DNA from: Anas platyrhynchos
Taxonomy: Eukaryota
NCBI RefSeq assembly: GCF_047663525.1
Contig: NC_092619.1
Span: 4,629,441-4,693,440, forward strand
Length of the DNA stretch: 64,000 nucleotides
Direction of reading: 5' to 3'
Shown here: positions 1 to 14,171 of the stretch, in pieces
How the letters are laid out: each line of letters begins with the position of its first letter
Position numbering within the stretch: the first letter of the stretch is position 1
The notes under the pieces: generated by a model
Seen by the model: only the letters and a program-made list of their open reading frames with translations
Database searches by the model: none
Told to the model about the DNA's origin: nothing
Translations under genes and position numbers: made by a program

Positions 1-649
1 GTCAGTTTCCTAGTGAAGTGCTTCTGCTGTACTGAGTACAAAACCAGTAGCCGCACCTGGCAGCCAAGAAATCAAGAATTGAGCAAACCAAGGCAATAAC
101 GATGCTAAAAATACCTTCAACATTTTAAACTGTTACGCAAAATAAAAGGTTAGCAAAAATCCAGCTTTCAGAAAACTGCCTTATATTTAGGCAATTCTGT
201 TAAAATTTCGAATAGGAAAAAAAAAACGTTAATAGAGAAATCAAAGTAGCCATTTCTCTCGGAAGTGTTATTTCAGCGTTTATTCAGCTTTAGGACACTG
301 GAGCGATGCTACTCAAAAGAACGTGTTTTGCACTCTGCAGTTACCTTACTGCAGATGATTGCAAGAACACCGCTGCTCTATATATAATATAATAACTTAA
401 AGTTCGCTGCTTTAAGTTATTCTCTGGACTGGGAGCACTTGTGGCTGCGCTTCCACAGAACTACTCCCTGCAAAGCCCCAGCTCCTGGCACCTCTTTGCA
501 AAGCTCATTTCGTCGCTCCCTGAGGGACAAAAACACGGTGACACAGTCCTCGGGACTGCTCTGCCAGCAGGAAGAAGCCGTAGGCGGCTGGCAGGAGACT
601 GCATCCAGGCAGCCATTTGGTACCGAAACGCGCCTCCCACTGCGTGTAA

Positions 650-1010
650 CGAGCAGCGAGGGAAATAACCCCCCCCTTAACCGAGGGGAGGGACGAGAGG
701 CTCCCTCCCCCGTTGCGGGCCGGCCGCCCCCTCCCCGCCCCTGTCCCCGTCACCCGCCTCAGCCCGGCCCCGAGCCCGCGGCCCCGCTGCCCCCGGAGCG
801 CCGCCCCCCCCTCCCCTGGGAGCCTCCGCGGCCCTGGCCAAGATGTCTGCCTTCGGAGCCACCCGGGTGAGCGGGGGAGGGGGCGGGAGGGGGCGCGGAG
901 CAGGGCCGGGGGCTGCGGAGGGCTCGGAGGTCTGAAGGGCTCGGGGCTGCTCGGGAGCCCCGGAGGACGGAGCCGTGCGGGGCTGAAGTCCGCGCCCTGC
1001 TCTGTTTTGT
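650..1010 (+). promoter_or_regulatory. ACADM: CpG-island promoter / 5' end of ACADM (very GC-rich, poly-C tracts) enclosing exon 1
   Basis: Dense CpG and GC content from about 660 to 1000, flanked by AT-rich sequence; the ATG sits at 843. The TSS cannot be fixed from sequence alone. Confidence 0.6.
843..866 (+). CDS. ACADM: ACADM coding exon 1 (MSAFGATR, start of mitochondrial presequence), phase 0
   Basis: ATG at 843; donor GTGAGC at 867. Aligns to human MAAGFGRCCR and is in frame with exon 2. Confidence 0.75.
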
Positions 1011-1290
1011 TGTGTTTTTTTTGTTTGTTTTGTTTGTTTTTTTTCCCGTCTCGGCCATGAATTGGCAGCGTTTATCTCAAGAGCGCTGCTCGTGTCTCTC
1101 TGCTGTTGTGCTGTGCATGCAGGGCCGTTAGAAAACAAAAAAATTTTAAAAATGGGTTTTGCTTCCCACTTCTAAGCGTCAGGGCTTACGGTTCAGAGTG
1201 TTTCGTAGGGTGCCTTTCCTAGCTGTGCTGCCTACACTGTTTTTTTTTTGTTGTTGTTTGTTTGTTTGTTTTTGCTTGTGCTGTTTTTTT
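1000..1290. repeat. (GTTTT)n / T-rich microsatellites in ACADM intron 1 (1003-1048 and 1240-1290)
   Basis: tgttttgttgtgttttttttgtttgttttgtttgtttttttt ; tttttttttgttgttgtttgtttgtttgtttttgc. Confidence 0.9.
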
Positions 1291-3730
1291 ATACGTGCAG
1301 TACATAAATATTGGTTTTCTGAAGTGCTGCAGTTCTCTAAACTTGAAATACCACTTACATGGAAAGAAGTTACTGAGCAGCGCAGGGAGGTTGTTTCTCT
1401 GAAGGGCCGAGCTTTTATAAACCTGGATTTCTGCATACATCAAAAGCTGCTGGCCCACCGGCACCTCCTCATTTCCGAGGTGGAGGTGGTTCAGGGCTCA
1501 GGTAGCACCTTGCTAAGCCTTCGCAGGGGCCTTTTCCTGGCTTCCCCGCTTCCAGAAGTAGGTAAAAGTTGAAGGGCCCTGGGTCAGTGCTGAGGCGTGA
1601 CCGCTGGGCTGGGCTTGCGGCCAGGGTGCGTGGTGTGCCAGGCCAGCGGGTGTTCAGGGCACCAGGCGGAGAGCTTCCAGCCATAGGAAGGTGACAGACA
1701 GTGACCACGTACATCGGTGTTCCGAGTTCAGCCCCCGGACACGGCACCTTCACAGTCGTGGTTTTGGCCGCAGAGAGCCATAGGAGCTGTGCGAGCATCG
1801 CTAGCACCTTGGCACTGAATCCAGCTGTCCCACTGAGTCAAAGAGGGAAGCAGATGGAATAGGTGGCAACCCAAATTCGTACAGGTTACAAACTGTGGTC
1901 CTTTGTCACTTGATCGCTTGCGCCACATCCAGGGATGGATCACACCTTGTCCTTTCCTTGTGTCTGTCTGTGGTGTTTCTGCAGAACCTTCCGTGCTGAT
2001 CTGGCATACCACTCTGTATGAAAACCCCAACAGACATAGGTTTTCTGGGATGAATTTCACTGTTCCCTTTATGTAGGATGTCACCCTTAGCATTATTTTG
2101 AATTCAGTACTTTTTCTAGTTGAGACAAAACATTTTGGTGAAAAAGCTGTGTATGACTATCAAGGGCTGCTCCTTTTTTTTAAAAAAAAAAAAAAACGGT
2201 GATTTCTAATACCTAGCTTTTGCTCAATGTCATCATCATCTTGGCTTCTACTAGATAAAGGAAGGTATAAAAAATTCTGAATGATTGAGGTTCGTCTAGA
2301 TGCTTGTTGAGTTTGTTTGTTTTCCTATATTACAACAGTGGTAGCAGTTGCATAAAACTTAAGTAAAATATCATGCTACTATTCTGCAATGCTATGGCTT
2401 GTGAAAACTCCAAATGAGTAATATATTGCCTAATAGAAAATACAGTCCCGAACTGTGAATAAACTTAATAGTTAAATATTCAATTATGTGATACCTTCCC
2501 CTGTCCTATACCTAGTCTTCCAGCATTTCTTCACCTTTCAACTTTATAGATGTTTTCAGTATGCTTTAAAAATATCTCTTTTCTCTCTGTTGATACCCGT
2601 GTTTGCTTTTTTAACCTTCTTTGCGTAGCATTCTTATTTTTAAGAGCAGTAATCTACCACTACTTTGTTTTTTAACTACTTATAGCCTACCCAGCTATAT
2701 ACCGCTCCTGTCTCTAGAGTTTCCAATACAAATTCTGACATATTTTTGTACTATTATGATTAATTCAATTTTCTAATGCTACAAAATAAGTGACTGGTCT
2801 CATCAAACATTTTTTTTAACCTAATCACTGGTCACACGATGAAAGAGACTGACATCTGCAATGTCCTTTCAGGTAGTTGCAGAGAGAGCTGAGGTCTCCC
2901 CTCAGCCTCTTCTCCACGCTAAGCAACCCCAGTTCCCACAGCCACTCCTCATAAGATGTGTTTTACAGCTTCCTTGCTCTTGTCTGAACATGCCCCTGAA
3001 CCCTGATGTCCTTCTTGGAGTGAGGGTCCCACCACTGAACACAGTACTCAAGGTGCAGGCTCATCAGTGCCACGTACAAGGGGACAATCACTTTCCCAGT
3101 CCTGTTGGCCATGCCAGTTCTGATGCAGGCCGCGATGACACCACTACACCAGTAATCACTAAGTATATATACATTACTGCAACTTGCTAGAAGGGAATCT
3201 TGTGCATTATTAGGTCAAAATATTCTGATACCTATTGTTTATTACGTAGATTGTTTTCAGAATCATACTAATCCTGACGGTAGGTAAACACTGGATAGGT
3301 GGAGTGCTTAGTAGTGGGCAATAACTTCTGGCTTGATTAGTGTACATTTCAAAATATATATATTATTATGTCTCTGAGCATGTTCACATGTGGATTTATG
3401 GACTTTAAAGAAGACGTGCTATATTATGCTTAGTTATTTTTAAATAATTGATTTTGCAATCTTAGAAATGGATACACCAGTTCACACAAGCTCAGTGCTG
3501 TCTTGGATCCCATGTTGATGTAAGCCATCAGTTTGCATCAGCTTGCCACAGGAACAAAGTTGAAGGTAGCCAGGAGTTCTTCTAGATCATGTTAGTCACT
3601 GTATTGTACCTGATGTGATACTGTTTTCTAAACAGGGAATCTATATTTAAAGTTGTGCTGCCATCAGGTTAGTAGCTTTAGGAGACTTGAGCTATCAATG
3701 TCTTATATCTCCTGTTCTGTTTCTCTTCAG

Positions 3731-3830
3731 CGGATGCTCCAAACCATTGCAGGGCTTGGATGGAGATCACATTCTAGTAAACCTGCTCAAAATGTCCATA
3801 CAGGCAAACTTGGAGCTGGCTTTAGCTTCG
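3731..3830 (+). CDS. ACADM: ACADM exon 2 (RMLQTIAGLGWRSHSSKPAQNVHTGKLGAGFSF-)
   Basis: Acceptor ttctcttcag; donor GTAGGT at 3831. Matches the ORF-track frame for 3653..3850. Similar to human presequence and N-terminal region, ending ...GLGFSFE. Confidence 0.85.
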
Positions 3831-4114
3831 GTAGGTATCACATTCTTTGAAAGGAGTGCAGCAACTAAGGACAAATTGCAGAGTTAGTTTAAAATAAAAA
3901 ACACTGTATTGCAGTTCAGTATGAAGAGAAAGTTGAATTTTTTTGGTTACTAGAGAGGCCCAGGAAGTGGTGGTTTAGATTGTCTTGAGAGGAATGACAC
4001 TACTCTTCTTTGTCTTGAGAGGAATGACATTACTCTTCTTTTCCCCTACTCTGACAACTGGCAAAATTAAAGCCAATGTAGAATTTGTGACTTCTTTTTT
4101 CTTTTTTATAATAG

Positions 4115-4212
4115 AACTTACTGATGAACAGAAAGAGTTTCAAGCTACTGCTCGTAAATTTGCTCTGGAGGAAATTATTCCTGTTGCTGCACAATATGAT
4201 AAAACTGGAGAG
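4115..4212 (+). CDS. ACADM: ACADM exon 3 ([33 protein letters not shown])
   Basis: Acceptor ...ataatag; donor GTAAAT at 4213. Near-identical to human [33 protein letters not shown]. Confidence 0.92.
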
Positions 4213-4320
4213 GTAAATCTATCATACAGTAGGGGAAAATTAGATTTTTATATTACCCTGCATGAAATTTAAAATGCTGGCTGTGATTAATCAGAAGGTG
4301 ATTTTCCTCATTTATTTCAG

Positions 4321-4390
4321 TATCCTCTTCCACTCATAAAACGGGCTTGGGAACTTGGTCTTATAAATTCACACATACCAGAAAGCTGCG
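4321..4390 (+). CDS. ACADM: ACADM exon 4 ([23 protein letters not shown]-)
   Basis: Acceptor tttatttcag; donor GTAAGT at 4391. Human counterpart is [24 protein letters not shown]. Confidence 0.92.
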
Positions 4391-5581
4391 GTAAGTAAAT
4401 ATTTTTAATCTGTAAAATAAAACTAAGAAAAGGATTTGGAGGTGTTTATATGTGTAATTAGGGATTCTGTATAAAATAAACAGTTGCATATTTGAATAAT
4501 TAAGTTTAACCTTTTAATTTCCTGTTTTATTCATTATGTAGTCTGAGTCTTCCATCTTCAAAGGCTATCATGGAAGTGGAAGGGGTTCCTAAAAAGGATA
4601 AAGACAGCAAAAGATACAGAACAGCTTCTGTATGAGAAATAACTAAAACGTCAGTGTCATGAAGAGTGTGAAAAGGGATTGATAGCTCATCATCCCTTTC
4701 CATACAACTAGAAGGCATCAGTGAAGTCAGCAGATGGCAGGTTCTGAGTAAATTAAAGGAGGCCCCTGAGCACTTTTACAAGACAAAGCTGTGGCATTTC
4801 TCATCACGGTACCAAGAGAAACTCGTGGCAGAGTTGCTCTGTCCCTGGCATTCCTGCTCCCAGCCAGCCTACCCCATTCTCCAGCCAGGTCGTTCCTTGG
4901 TCACATCTGCTGAACAGTTAAAATCTCTATATCCCCTTCATTTTATGCAGTGTGTAGTTAATTTGTGAAACTCATAGCTGCTGCATGATATTGATGCTAA
5001 AATATGTACCTATGTTAAAAAGAGATGAGTGCAAATTCACTGAAGGGGAAGTCTGTCAAGGGTTAGCATTAACAAGGATACCAAGAGTACTTCAGGGTGA
5101 GGGAGACACCTAGAGGATGGTGAATGTATTTTGAATAAATGATGTATTGTTACTGTATTTCGAAGCACTTCCCAAAGTCGGTTTCTGTCAGAAATAGTCA
5201 GCCAACCAATCTAGTAACCTAAAATGAATAACTCGGTATTCATAGGAGCTATGGTAGCTCAGGAGCCTTTGTGGTCACTTCTCTGCTTCCTAAGAACTCT
5301 AAAGGACATTCTTAAATGTAAAGTAGTCAAACAGTTGTTGCCATTCTGTGTAACGTGCCCCATATCAATCGTGCAACCTTGGAGCAGTCAAATGTAGTTT
5401 TCCAATCATCTCTTACCATTCTGACAAAACTTTATTTAAAAAGTTGGTGTGGGATGTCTGATCAAACGCAGTGCACAATCAAGTGTATGCGGGGCAGTAT
5501 GTTTTTGATAGTTAATTTATGTAAATTGCTAGTATGTCCCACTTTAAAATCATTTTAGTAAATTAAATATTTCAACTGTAG

Positions 5582-5682
5582 GTGGTCTTGGCCTTGGCAG
5601 TTTTGAAGCGTGCCTTATTACGGAAGAGTTAGCTTATGGATGCACAGGGGTTCAAACTGCCATTGAAGCAAATTCCCTAGGG
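5582..5682 (+). CDS. ACADM: ACADM exon 5 ([33 protein letters not shown])
   Basis: Acceptor ...caactgtag; donor GTAAGT at 5683. Length 101 nt. Confidence 0.92.
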
Positions 5683-5768
5683 GTAAGTTCTGTCATTTCT
5701 TACCTCCTTTAAACTGAAGTCTGTGCGTTATAAAAAAGCAGATTAATAGTATAAATATTTTCTTTCAG

Positions 5769-5849
5769 CAAATGCCAGTAATCATTGCAGGAAATGAGCA
5801 GCAACAGAAAAAATACTTGGGAAGAATGACAGAAGAACCCATGATGTGT
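5769..5849 (+). CDS. ACADM: ACADM exon 6 ([27 protein letters not shown])
   Basis: Acceptor tctttcag; donor GTAAGT at 5850. Length 81 nt. Confidence 0.92.
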
Positions 5850-6087
5850 GTAAGTATAACTTATACACTGTAGAATGTTCCTAACCCACATTCATCGGTA
5901 TTAGTCATTTTTTGGAAGAAAGCAGTGGTATCTACTTAAAATTTAGCCTATTTTTGCTTGTAAATACACTGTGTCATTTATTCAAAGTCAAGGAATAGTA
6001 AATTTGATGCAAACAGTGAGAAAATAGAAGTTATTACCTGGAAAACCATCCTAATCACTTACAAAAAAAAAAAATTTATTTCCCTTT

Positions 6088-6488
6088 CAGGAGGTTGTTT
6101 AGCTGGGGTCATTTAGCTTGGAGAAGAGAAGGCTCAGGGGAGACCTTATTGTACTTTACAATTGCCTTAAAGGAGGTTGTAGTGAGGTGGGGATTGGGCA
6201 CTTCTCCCAAGCACCAAGTGATAAGACAGGGAAGATGACTTCAAGTTGCACCAGGGGACGTTTAGGTTGGACTTAGGAGAAATTTCTTTACTGAAAAGGT
6301 TGTGTGGCATAAGAATAGGCTGCCCAGGGAAGTAGTTGAGTCACCATCCCAGAAGGTCTTCAAGAAATGTGTAGATACAGAATTTAGCATGGTTTAGCTG
6401 TGGACTTCAGTACTAGGTTAAAGGCTGGACCAGATGTCCTTAGAGGTCTTTTCCTACTTGAACAATTACAAGCTTCTGTGATTCTAAG
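6088..6488 (+). mobile_element. CR1 3' fragment in ACADM intron 6
   Basis: ...[12 protein letters not shown]...[13 protein letters not shown]...[10 protein letters not shown].. ; ends cttctgtgattctaag. Confidence 0.8.
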
Positions 6489-6744
6489 AAGAGGTGTGGG
6501 AGTTTAAAAGAGATATGACATGAGCAGTACTTGTTACAGAGAAAGAAAGAGTCATGTGCAATGCATTACAACCTGAATAACTAAGCCCCATAAAATGAAG
6601 AACACAGTAGGTATAAAATGTTACACTGTACTCTTATTTGCAAATTTTAAAGATCCTCAGCTTTTACATCAGTTTGTGAAGTATGAGGAATTGATGACTT
6701 AAGAGTTACAAAATGTTTCTGTTTATCATGTTTATCTGGTGTAC

Positions 6745-7310
6745 AAAAGGTTCAACATGAGTCAGCAGTCCATGCTTGCAGCCCAAAAGGCCAAATACAT
6801 CCTGGGCTGCAACAAAAGAGGTGTGAGCAGCAGGTTGAGCGAGGTGATTGTCCCCCTCTGCTCTACCCTTGTCAGACTCCACCTCGAGTACTGCATACAG
6901 GTTTGAGGCCCCCAAAACAGGAAAAATGTGGACCTGTTAGAAAGAGTCCAGAGGAGGGCCACAAAGATGATCAGAGAGCTGGACCACCTCTCCTGTGAGG
7001 AGAGGCTGAGAGAGCTGGGGATGTTCAGCCTGGAGAAGAGAAGGCTCCCTCATTGTGGCTTGTGTATTGAAATACTGAAAGGGTTCTTCTAAAAAGGCTG
7101 GAGAGAGACTCTTTGCTCACTCAGATAATACAGGATGAGGAGTGATGTTTTAAACTAAAAGAGGGGATATTTAGGTTAGAGGTTAGGATAAAATTCTTCA
7201 CTCAAAGGGTGAAGAAAACCTGATCTAGTGAGTGGCATCCCTGCCTGTGGCAGGAGGGTTGCAATTAGATGGTCCTTAAGGTCCCTTCCAGCCCAAACCA
7301 TTCTATGATC
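6745..7310 (+). mobile_element. CR1 3' fragment (ORF2 C-terminus plus 3' UTR) in ACADM intron 6
   Basis: [48 protein letters not shown]...[34 protein letters not shown] ; ends ...ggtcccttccagcccaaaccattctatgatc. Confidence 0.85.
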
Positions 7311-7512
7311 ATTAAAAATTATTTAAAATATGCATTTATTAGGAAAATTAACCCATATTTGCTTTGACAGTTGTTGCGTTTTGGTGGTGGTAGGGTATTT
7401 TGTATAATATTTTAGGGTTTACTATGTGGTTTTGGTGCACATAGTCTGCAATAATATGGTTCCTAAAGAAAGAACTTTTTTCCTCAATATTTTATATTTT
7501 ATTTTTTTCTAG

Positions 7513-7656
<144 letters not shown>

Positions 7657-8858
7657 TGACTCATCCTACATTTCCTATTATTCTGTTCTATACTGTTTTT
7701 TTTTTTCCCCAAAGTTAGATATTAGTGTTTCTTTAAAGTTCTGTTGTAAATCCAAGTCTTCATTATGTTTCACCCCAATACAATTTTGCATCTGTGATTA
7801 GTGTATCAGCATAAGTATAAGACTCTCAGGGCTGTGCAAAGCTTAAAAAGGAAATTAAGTGATGATATGGCAACTATACATTCAAGAATACCTCTTAAAC
7901 CTTGATGCTACCAAACAAAATAATTTTGCTTTTTCTTCAAGGGAGGACAGCAGGAGTGTGATTTAATTTGCAAAATACTCAGGAAGCCCATATTACCAGC
8001 TACTTTACTTTGAAGGTGCAGTGATCAAGATCACATGCTATTGATTCTGTTCAAAACATCTCTCACTTTTAGTGAAGCTAGAAACACTCTTGGATTGTGG
8101 TGTTACATTTTATTTTCATAAGGGAAGACATTTTCTAACAGTCAAAGAATCCAGATATTGCTGTGGTGGTGTGTCTGTGGAGCATGCTTGACAATATAGA
8201 CCTCTTTTCATCATGTCTCACATAATACCATACTCATCCCCAACACATAAATTGTCTTAATTTAAGTGAAAAAGCTGTGTGCATTCATTCATAAAGCTGA
8301 ATTTTCTAATTATTTATTTCCTTGTTCAAGGCAGAACTATCAAAGAGAATGTACCAGCTACATGTATCTTTTGACATTACCGAACACCATGAATGTGATT
8401 TACAGCTGTTTAATTTCTAATTGAAATACTTATTTACAACTTAGAAGAATAACATTAAGATCTTAGAAATCAGGTGATAACATTTTCTGTGCAACACTGT
8501 ATCTCCTAAGAATTCATTTTTAAATATGTGATGTGACAGGTTTTTACCTGTTCATGAAACTTTTTTACTGTTCATGAAACTGATAATACCATAAAGACTT
8601 AAAGTAAGTGGAAAAGGTGGAGAATCTTTGCATGTTTATATTAAGTAATTTTATTAAATCTTGAATGTTGCAGTAAGAGATGCAGTGACACTTCTCTCCG
8701 TTGCACACTGTCGGTTTATTTCTGTAAGGGGCAAGAAGAATGGATTGTTAATTTTCTGATAGATTTATTACATGCTAGAGACACTAAATATATAGATATA
8801 CATACACATTGTTAATTGTGAGGATAAACTGAGTTTCCACCACTTTGTTTTACACTAG

Positions 8859-8967
8859 GTACTTCTTGCTTGCTCGTACCGATCCAGATCCAAAAGTTCC
8901 TGCAAGCAAAGCTTTCACTGGATTCATTGTGGAGGCAGATAGCCCTGGCATCCAAATTGGAAGAAAG
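8859..8967 (+). CDS. ACADM: ACADM exon 8 ([37 protein letters not shown])
   Basis: Acceptor ttttacactag; donor GTAAAG at 8968. Length 109 nt. Confidence 0.9.
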
Positions 8968-9768
8968 GTAAAGAAAGTATCTCTTACTTGACAAACCAGG
9001 GGTTATTATTTGTTTCTAAATCAAATCACAACAAATTGCAATTAAAGAAAACATGTTACACAACTGAACGTTTTCACATTGTCATCTTTTCATTTTCACA
9101 ACATAAACTATTCATAAGACATAATTTTACTCAGTCAGATAAAGAATTATTCAGAGTGGATTAAAGGAAAATGACTTTGAATAGCTGCAAAAAAATCTTT
9201 TGAGAACCATTTTATTGATCAATGCCAGTAGATGAGAAATATGCCATAAAAAATAAGGTGGACGGTTTTAACCATAATTACACAGTGAGCTTTAATTTTA
9301 GCTACTGCTTAAGGAAGGTTCTCGAGGTTCTGGTGCAAATTAAATAGGGGAAAAAAAGGGAAGGAATCTGAAAACTTGAAAACTCCATTTTATTTTTTTG
9401 TGCATGTGTTTCTGTTACGGTTATTTTTTTCTACTGCCTGCATACTAGTTTCTTTACTTTTTCCTTTCCCACCTCAAATGATAACAGTTGAACTTGAGAA
9501 AGACCACGTGAGTGATTGCAGCTACAGAATCAATTTTATATAGGCGTAAGATAAACTGCCCAGCTTAGACAAATAAAGGGCATGCTGGTCTGTAAATGCA
9601 GAACTACTATTTGTCACGTATATGGTAATTCTTAGATGAAATTGAAGTGTGTGGGAGGAGCTGGAGGGGAGAAGCTTACCTTATGCTTTGAGTAAACTAA
9701 AGCAAGATGATGTGTTGTACCTTGGAAAAATCAAGTTAGTTGGCACCTCCGTAAATTTCTCTTTTCAG

Positions 9769-9909
9769 GAAATGAATATGGGTCAACGCTGCTCAGATAC
9801 AAGAGGTATTGTCTTTGAAGATGTGAGAGTCCCGAAAGAAAACGTATTAATAGCTGAGGGAGCTGGCTTTAAAATCGCAATGGGAGCTTTTGATAAGACC
9901 AGACCACCT
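9769..9909 (+). CDS. ACADM: ACADM exon 9 ([47 protein letters not shown])
   Basis: Acceptor tctcttttcag; donor GTAAGT at 9910. Length 141 nt. Confidence 0.92.
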
Positions 9910-9986
9910 GTAAGTATCAAAAATAATTTATTTATAAAATGTAATAGGAATTTTTTTGTTTTTATTCTGTGCTGTATTTAATTCAG

Positions 9987-10082
9987 GTAGCAGCTGGTGC
10001 TGTTGGGTTAGCAAAAAGAGCACTCGATGAAGCTACTAAATACGCTTTGGAGAGAAAAACCTTTGGGAAAGTGATTGCTGAA
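9987..10082 (+). CDS. ACADM: ACADM exon 10 ([32 protein letters not shown])
   Basis: Acceptor tttaattcag; donor GTAAGT at 10083. Length 96 nt. Confidence 0.92.
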
Positions 10083-10723
10083 GTAAGTTAATGACATTTT
10101 TATTCATACATATTCACTTATATAAGCTATGTTTTCACATCAGTACAGTAGATGTACTACTAGTGAATTTTCAGGTTTGTTCCTTGATTTTTAGGGTATG
10201 AGTTACTGTATCTCTGCCATTGCTTAGGTTCTCAAATACGTAGGTCAGTGACATCAAAATAAATCTAGCCATGCAGTTACTCCAGGAATTCTTCTAAACT
10301 CTCAAGACATACGTAAGTTCTTCAATACTAAAAAATAGTGATTTTCACGCAAGGTATAAGCTTCTCTGAGCTATATGAAACGATACACAGTATTAATAAA
10401 AACTTAGAATATGTTACCAACCACGCCATTTACCAGTTTTAAAGAAATTTAAATAAACAGCTAGCTAAATAAGATGTCATAAATACTGAAACACAACTTC
10501 ATAATTCAGTACTTAATCCCTGTGACTAAATGAATTTTAGAATGAAAACCTTAAAAGTCTAATTCAACACAGAATTATGACAGCTTGATCCATATTCTGT
10601 AGAACTCATCTTGTACAATTTACGTTGTTGAAGGTATTAGTGTATAAAAAAGATTATATTCTTTTTGGATGTCACAGAATCTTAAGCAGGCAATGTTAAT
10701 CTAGTGTATTTCATCATTCATAG

Positions 10724-11008
<285 letters not shown>

Positions 11009-14000
11009 TAAATTTTATATAGAAATACCTAATGGCTACTTATTTCAAATCTTGATATACACATATGACATAATTTTTTAGAATGACAGTAAGTATCCTT
11101 CAATTTAAAAAAAGGGAAACTCAAATTGGGCAAATTCTTGCATACTATGCACTAGATCAATAGCTTAACCTACATGTAACAAATAAATTTAATGGTGTGT
11201 TTTTTTCCGTATATGGTAACTCTGAAATTCTTAGGCTCTTCTTCATTTGGAATCTTCTTCATTTTGGAATCAAACACTGTAGAAAACACTACCCAAAGTA
11301 CCAATACTTCCTCTGGTATTCTATAAGTAGGTGTAGTTTATGTATGATGCTGTTCTTGAAAACCTTCGGTGCTGGAAATTCTCTGATTTTCCATATGTAT
11401 CATAGACTGGTGCCTGCCTATAGTTTAGCTTTTCCTTCAGCCTGATACCTAGTTCAAATAACAGTTATTGCAAATTATCTCCTTTTACTCCTCAGATCCA
11501 AAGACAGTATGCAGAACAACTGATTGGTACTGACAGTTTAGGAGCTTCTCACGTTTCTCTTATTTTAGTCTAGAAGAGAACACTACAGCGGCTTCTTCAC
11601 CTCTTTCCTCATCAGTCATGCTGAATGACTTTTTTAGTTTTATTTTTTCCTTTTCTGTTTCCAGTCTCTTCATTGCTTCTGGCTGTACTCTAAACCTTAT
11701 GTTTGAAACTTTGGTAGCATAACCCAGGCAGAATATTTCAGTTGATATATCACCAGCATTGAGTGTCATGGACTATATCGTGGTCTTGCATATGTTGTAT
11801 TAACAGAATTATGACACAATCTGGAATGATTGGCCTGTTTTTAACAACAAACCAAACCTATACTTACTCATGTTTAGCCTGTAGTCACCCATAATTCCCA
11901 GGTTTTTCTGCATTATTATTGCTGTGAAATTATTCCATGTTATGTCATAATTCTTGTCTTGGGATATATTATGCTGCAGTTCTTCATTCAGCAAGAATGT
12001 TTTAATTATGCTCAGCAGAACCAGTAATCTTTTCACCTCTTTCTGATAGTAATAGTGGCTAGGTAAAACTTATCAGAATAGGTATCAAGAAATGCATGTG
12101 AACCATAATCTGAAAGGTTAGTTAGTTATAACAGTTGTCGTTCTTAAGATCCTATTAGTTAGCATTTCTCTTATAGCTGACATTAAAATGAAAACTATGA
12201 TTCTCCCTAGCCAATATTTTGGTTTTCTCTGTTTAAGGAAAGACAGCTACTACTTTGGAGTCTAAAGGTCCTTAGTACTAATTGCAGTCCTGCAAGCAAG
12301 ATGAATGAGTAATACAATTTTACTTTGGGCATTTTTTCTGTCAGGTTCTATGTTTTTCTAGAGAAAGATGTGAGGGTTGGAAGCTTATTTAAAAGTTAAG
12401 ATTAATTTTACAGAATTCTAGTTATTCAGATCTTCTATTATACTGATCCATCACAGGTGCATGTCAAGGTAGACTTTTCTAATTGTTCAGTCTAATAAGA
12501 TTTAGTATTAATTTTTGTTGTTTTTCTGCTTCCCTTCTTCCCTTAAAAGAATACAAGGAAGGATTTTGTCTTTAGAATAATTTTGCCCATGTCTCTTGAT
12601 TATGCTTTACTATATTACGGCCCAATTCCACATGGTACATGCTTTTGGCCATGGGTTTCGTGTATAAAACTTCATTTTCCACTTGTTCTTTTCTTCCATA
12701 TATTTGATATTTCTCAGTATTACACAGTTCTACTACTTCCCTTCAGTTGAAGGTGGTGCTTGAAGCTGCTTCCCTTGCTTATAAGCCAAAACCTCTTTTG
12801 CATTTATTTAAGCAGACTGAGAGTTTTGATGTCTTTACACTTGAGTTCCATGGCTGTCTTCATCAGCAAGTAATTTAGTACAATAGGAGGAGATTAGCAG
12901 ATTGCAGGAATAGCTACTGAATGCCCTCCAGCTACACTATATCCAGTTTGGAGAGGCTAAGTTCACAGCATGCCCGTTTGGTTACTTGGACTGAATGTCC
13001 CCATTATGTGTGTAATTGTAAAGGCTTGTAAGTTGTAAACAAATCTGTAAATTGTTATAGGCCTAGACAATTTTGGCTTCATTAGGATTTGGACCGTATG
13101 TGGTGTATAGAGGGAGTAGAGTTTCCAGTTAAGTTTGCTCTAAAAAGCACCTACTTTCACCAAACTAAATCTGCTCTATAACCTGGATCATTGTAGGGTA
13201 AGCAGCAGCAGTCCGATGATTCACTTTGAGAATGAAAAGTTTCCTCTGAAGCAAAAAACTAATGTGACTGCAGGTTATAGTGGTTCTATTTCCAAAAAGC
13301 TTTGTAAGGTTCTTGAGAATACTGTCCCTATTTTATGACTGCAGAAAGTGAATTTACCTGAATTTGAGCAACTCGTCAAACCAAGTTCTGGCGGACCTGG
13401 GAACTGAAACACTTGAATCCCTAAGCTGTGTTACTTCCACCCTCAAATCCTGTTGCAGTATATCTGTGGAGCATAGAGTCTTCTTACTGCATTAGAGCTT
13501 CATATATACAGTGTTTTGCATCTGTGTCTTTCCTGCCATCAAGCCATGTAAAACGGGGATAATGCAGAATGTTTCTAGAAGACGATGCAAGAATGTAAGG
13601 TTAAAGAACAGGAAAAAAGGGATACTGTATTGGAGAGAGTACTAGTTAGCAAGAAGAAATGGAAGTAAATGAATCAAAGCAAATGCTTGATGTGACGTTG
13701 AAAGGCTAGACAACAAAAGTACAACACTCAGCACAAGTCATCTTCTCTTCACCCATTGTTTTAAAACCTAGTTTGTAAAACCTAAACTATGTATTTTCTT
13801 CCTCAGATAACACGTTTTCTTGATCGTTTTTGGCTCCCTATGTCTATTTGCCTGAGAAAATTATTGAATTTAGATGAGAGGATATGAGACTGTCTCTCAG
13901 TATCTTGTGTATGATTTATTTTATTTAGCCAAATGTAGCTACTTAGTCACATTGGAATTTTTCAGTTCTATTTTTCTTGGATTTAACTTTCCAATCCACG

Positions 14001-14099
14001 CTGTAATCTAGTATGCTAAGGAGGTTTAAAAGTGTAGAAAGATCAATTTAAACCTTTTAAAAAATGATCATCTAACATTGTTGCAATTCTTCTTTTCAG

Positions 14100-14171
14100 A
14101 TTTATGAGGGAACTGCTCAGATTCAAAGGATGATCATAGCTCGTGAACATATTAGCAAATTTAAGGCTTAA
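14100..14171 (+). CDS. ACADM: ACADM exon 12, terminal coding part ([23 protein letters not shown])
   Basis: Acceptor ttcttttcag; TAA stop at 14169-14171. Total CDS is 1272 nt, or 423 aa, against 421 aa in human. Confidence 0.92.
   Translation: MYEGTAQIQRMIIAREHISKFKA

Noticed and set aside
11560-12036. Two - strand ORFs of 69 and 75 aa in ACADM intron 11
   Set aside because: No convincing similarity to transposases or other proteins; the sequence is AT-rich and intronic, so the ORFs are probably chance.
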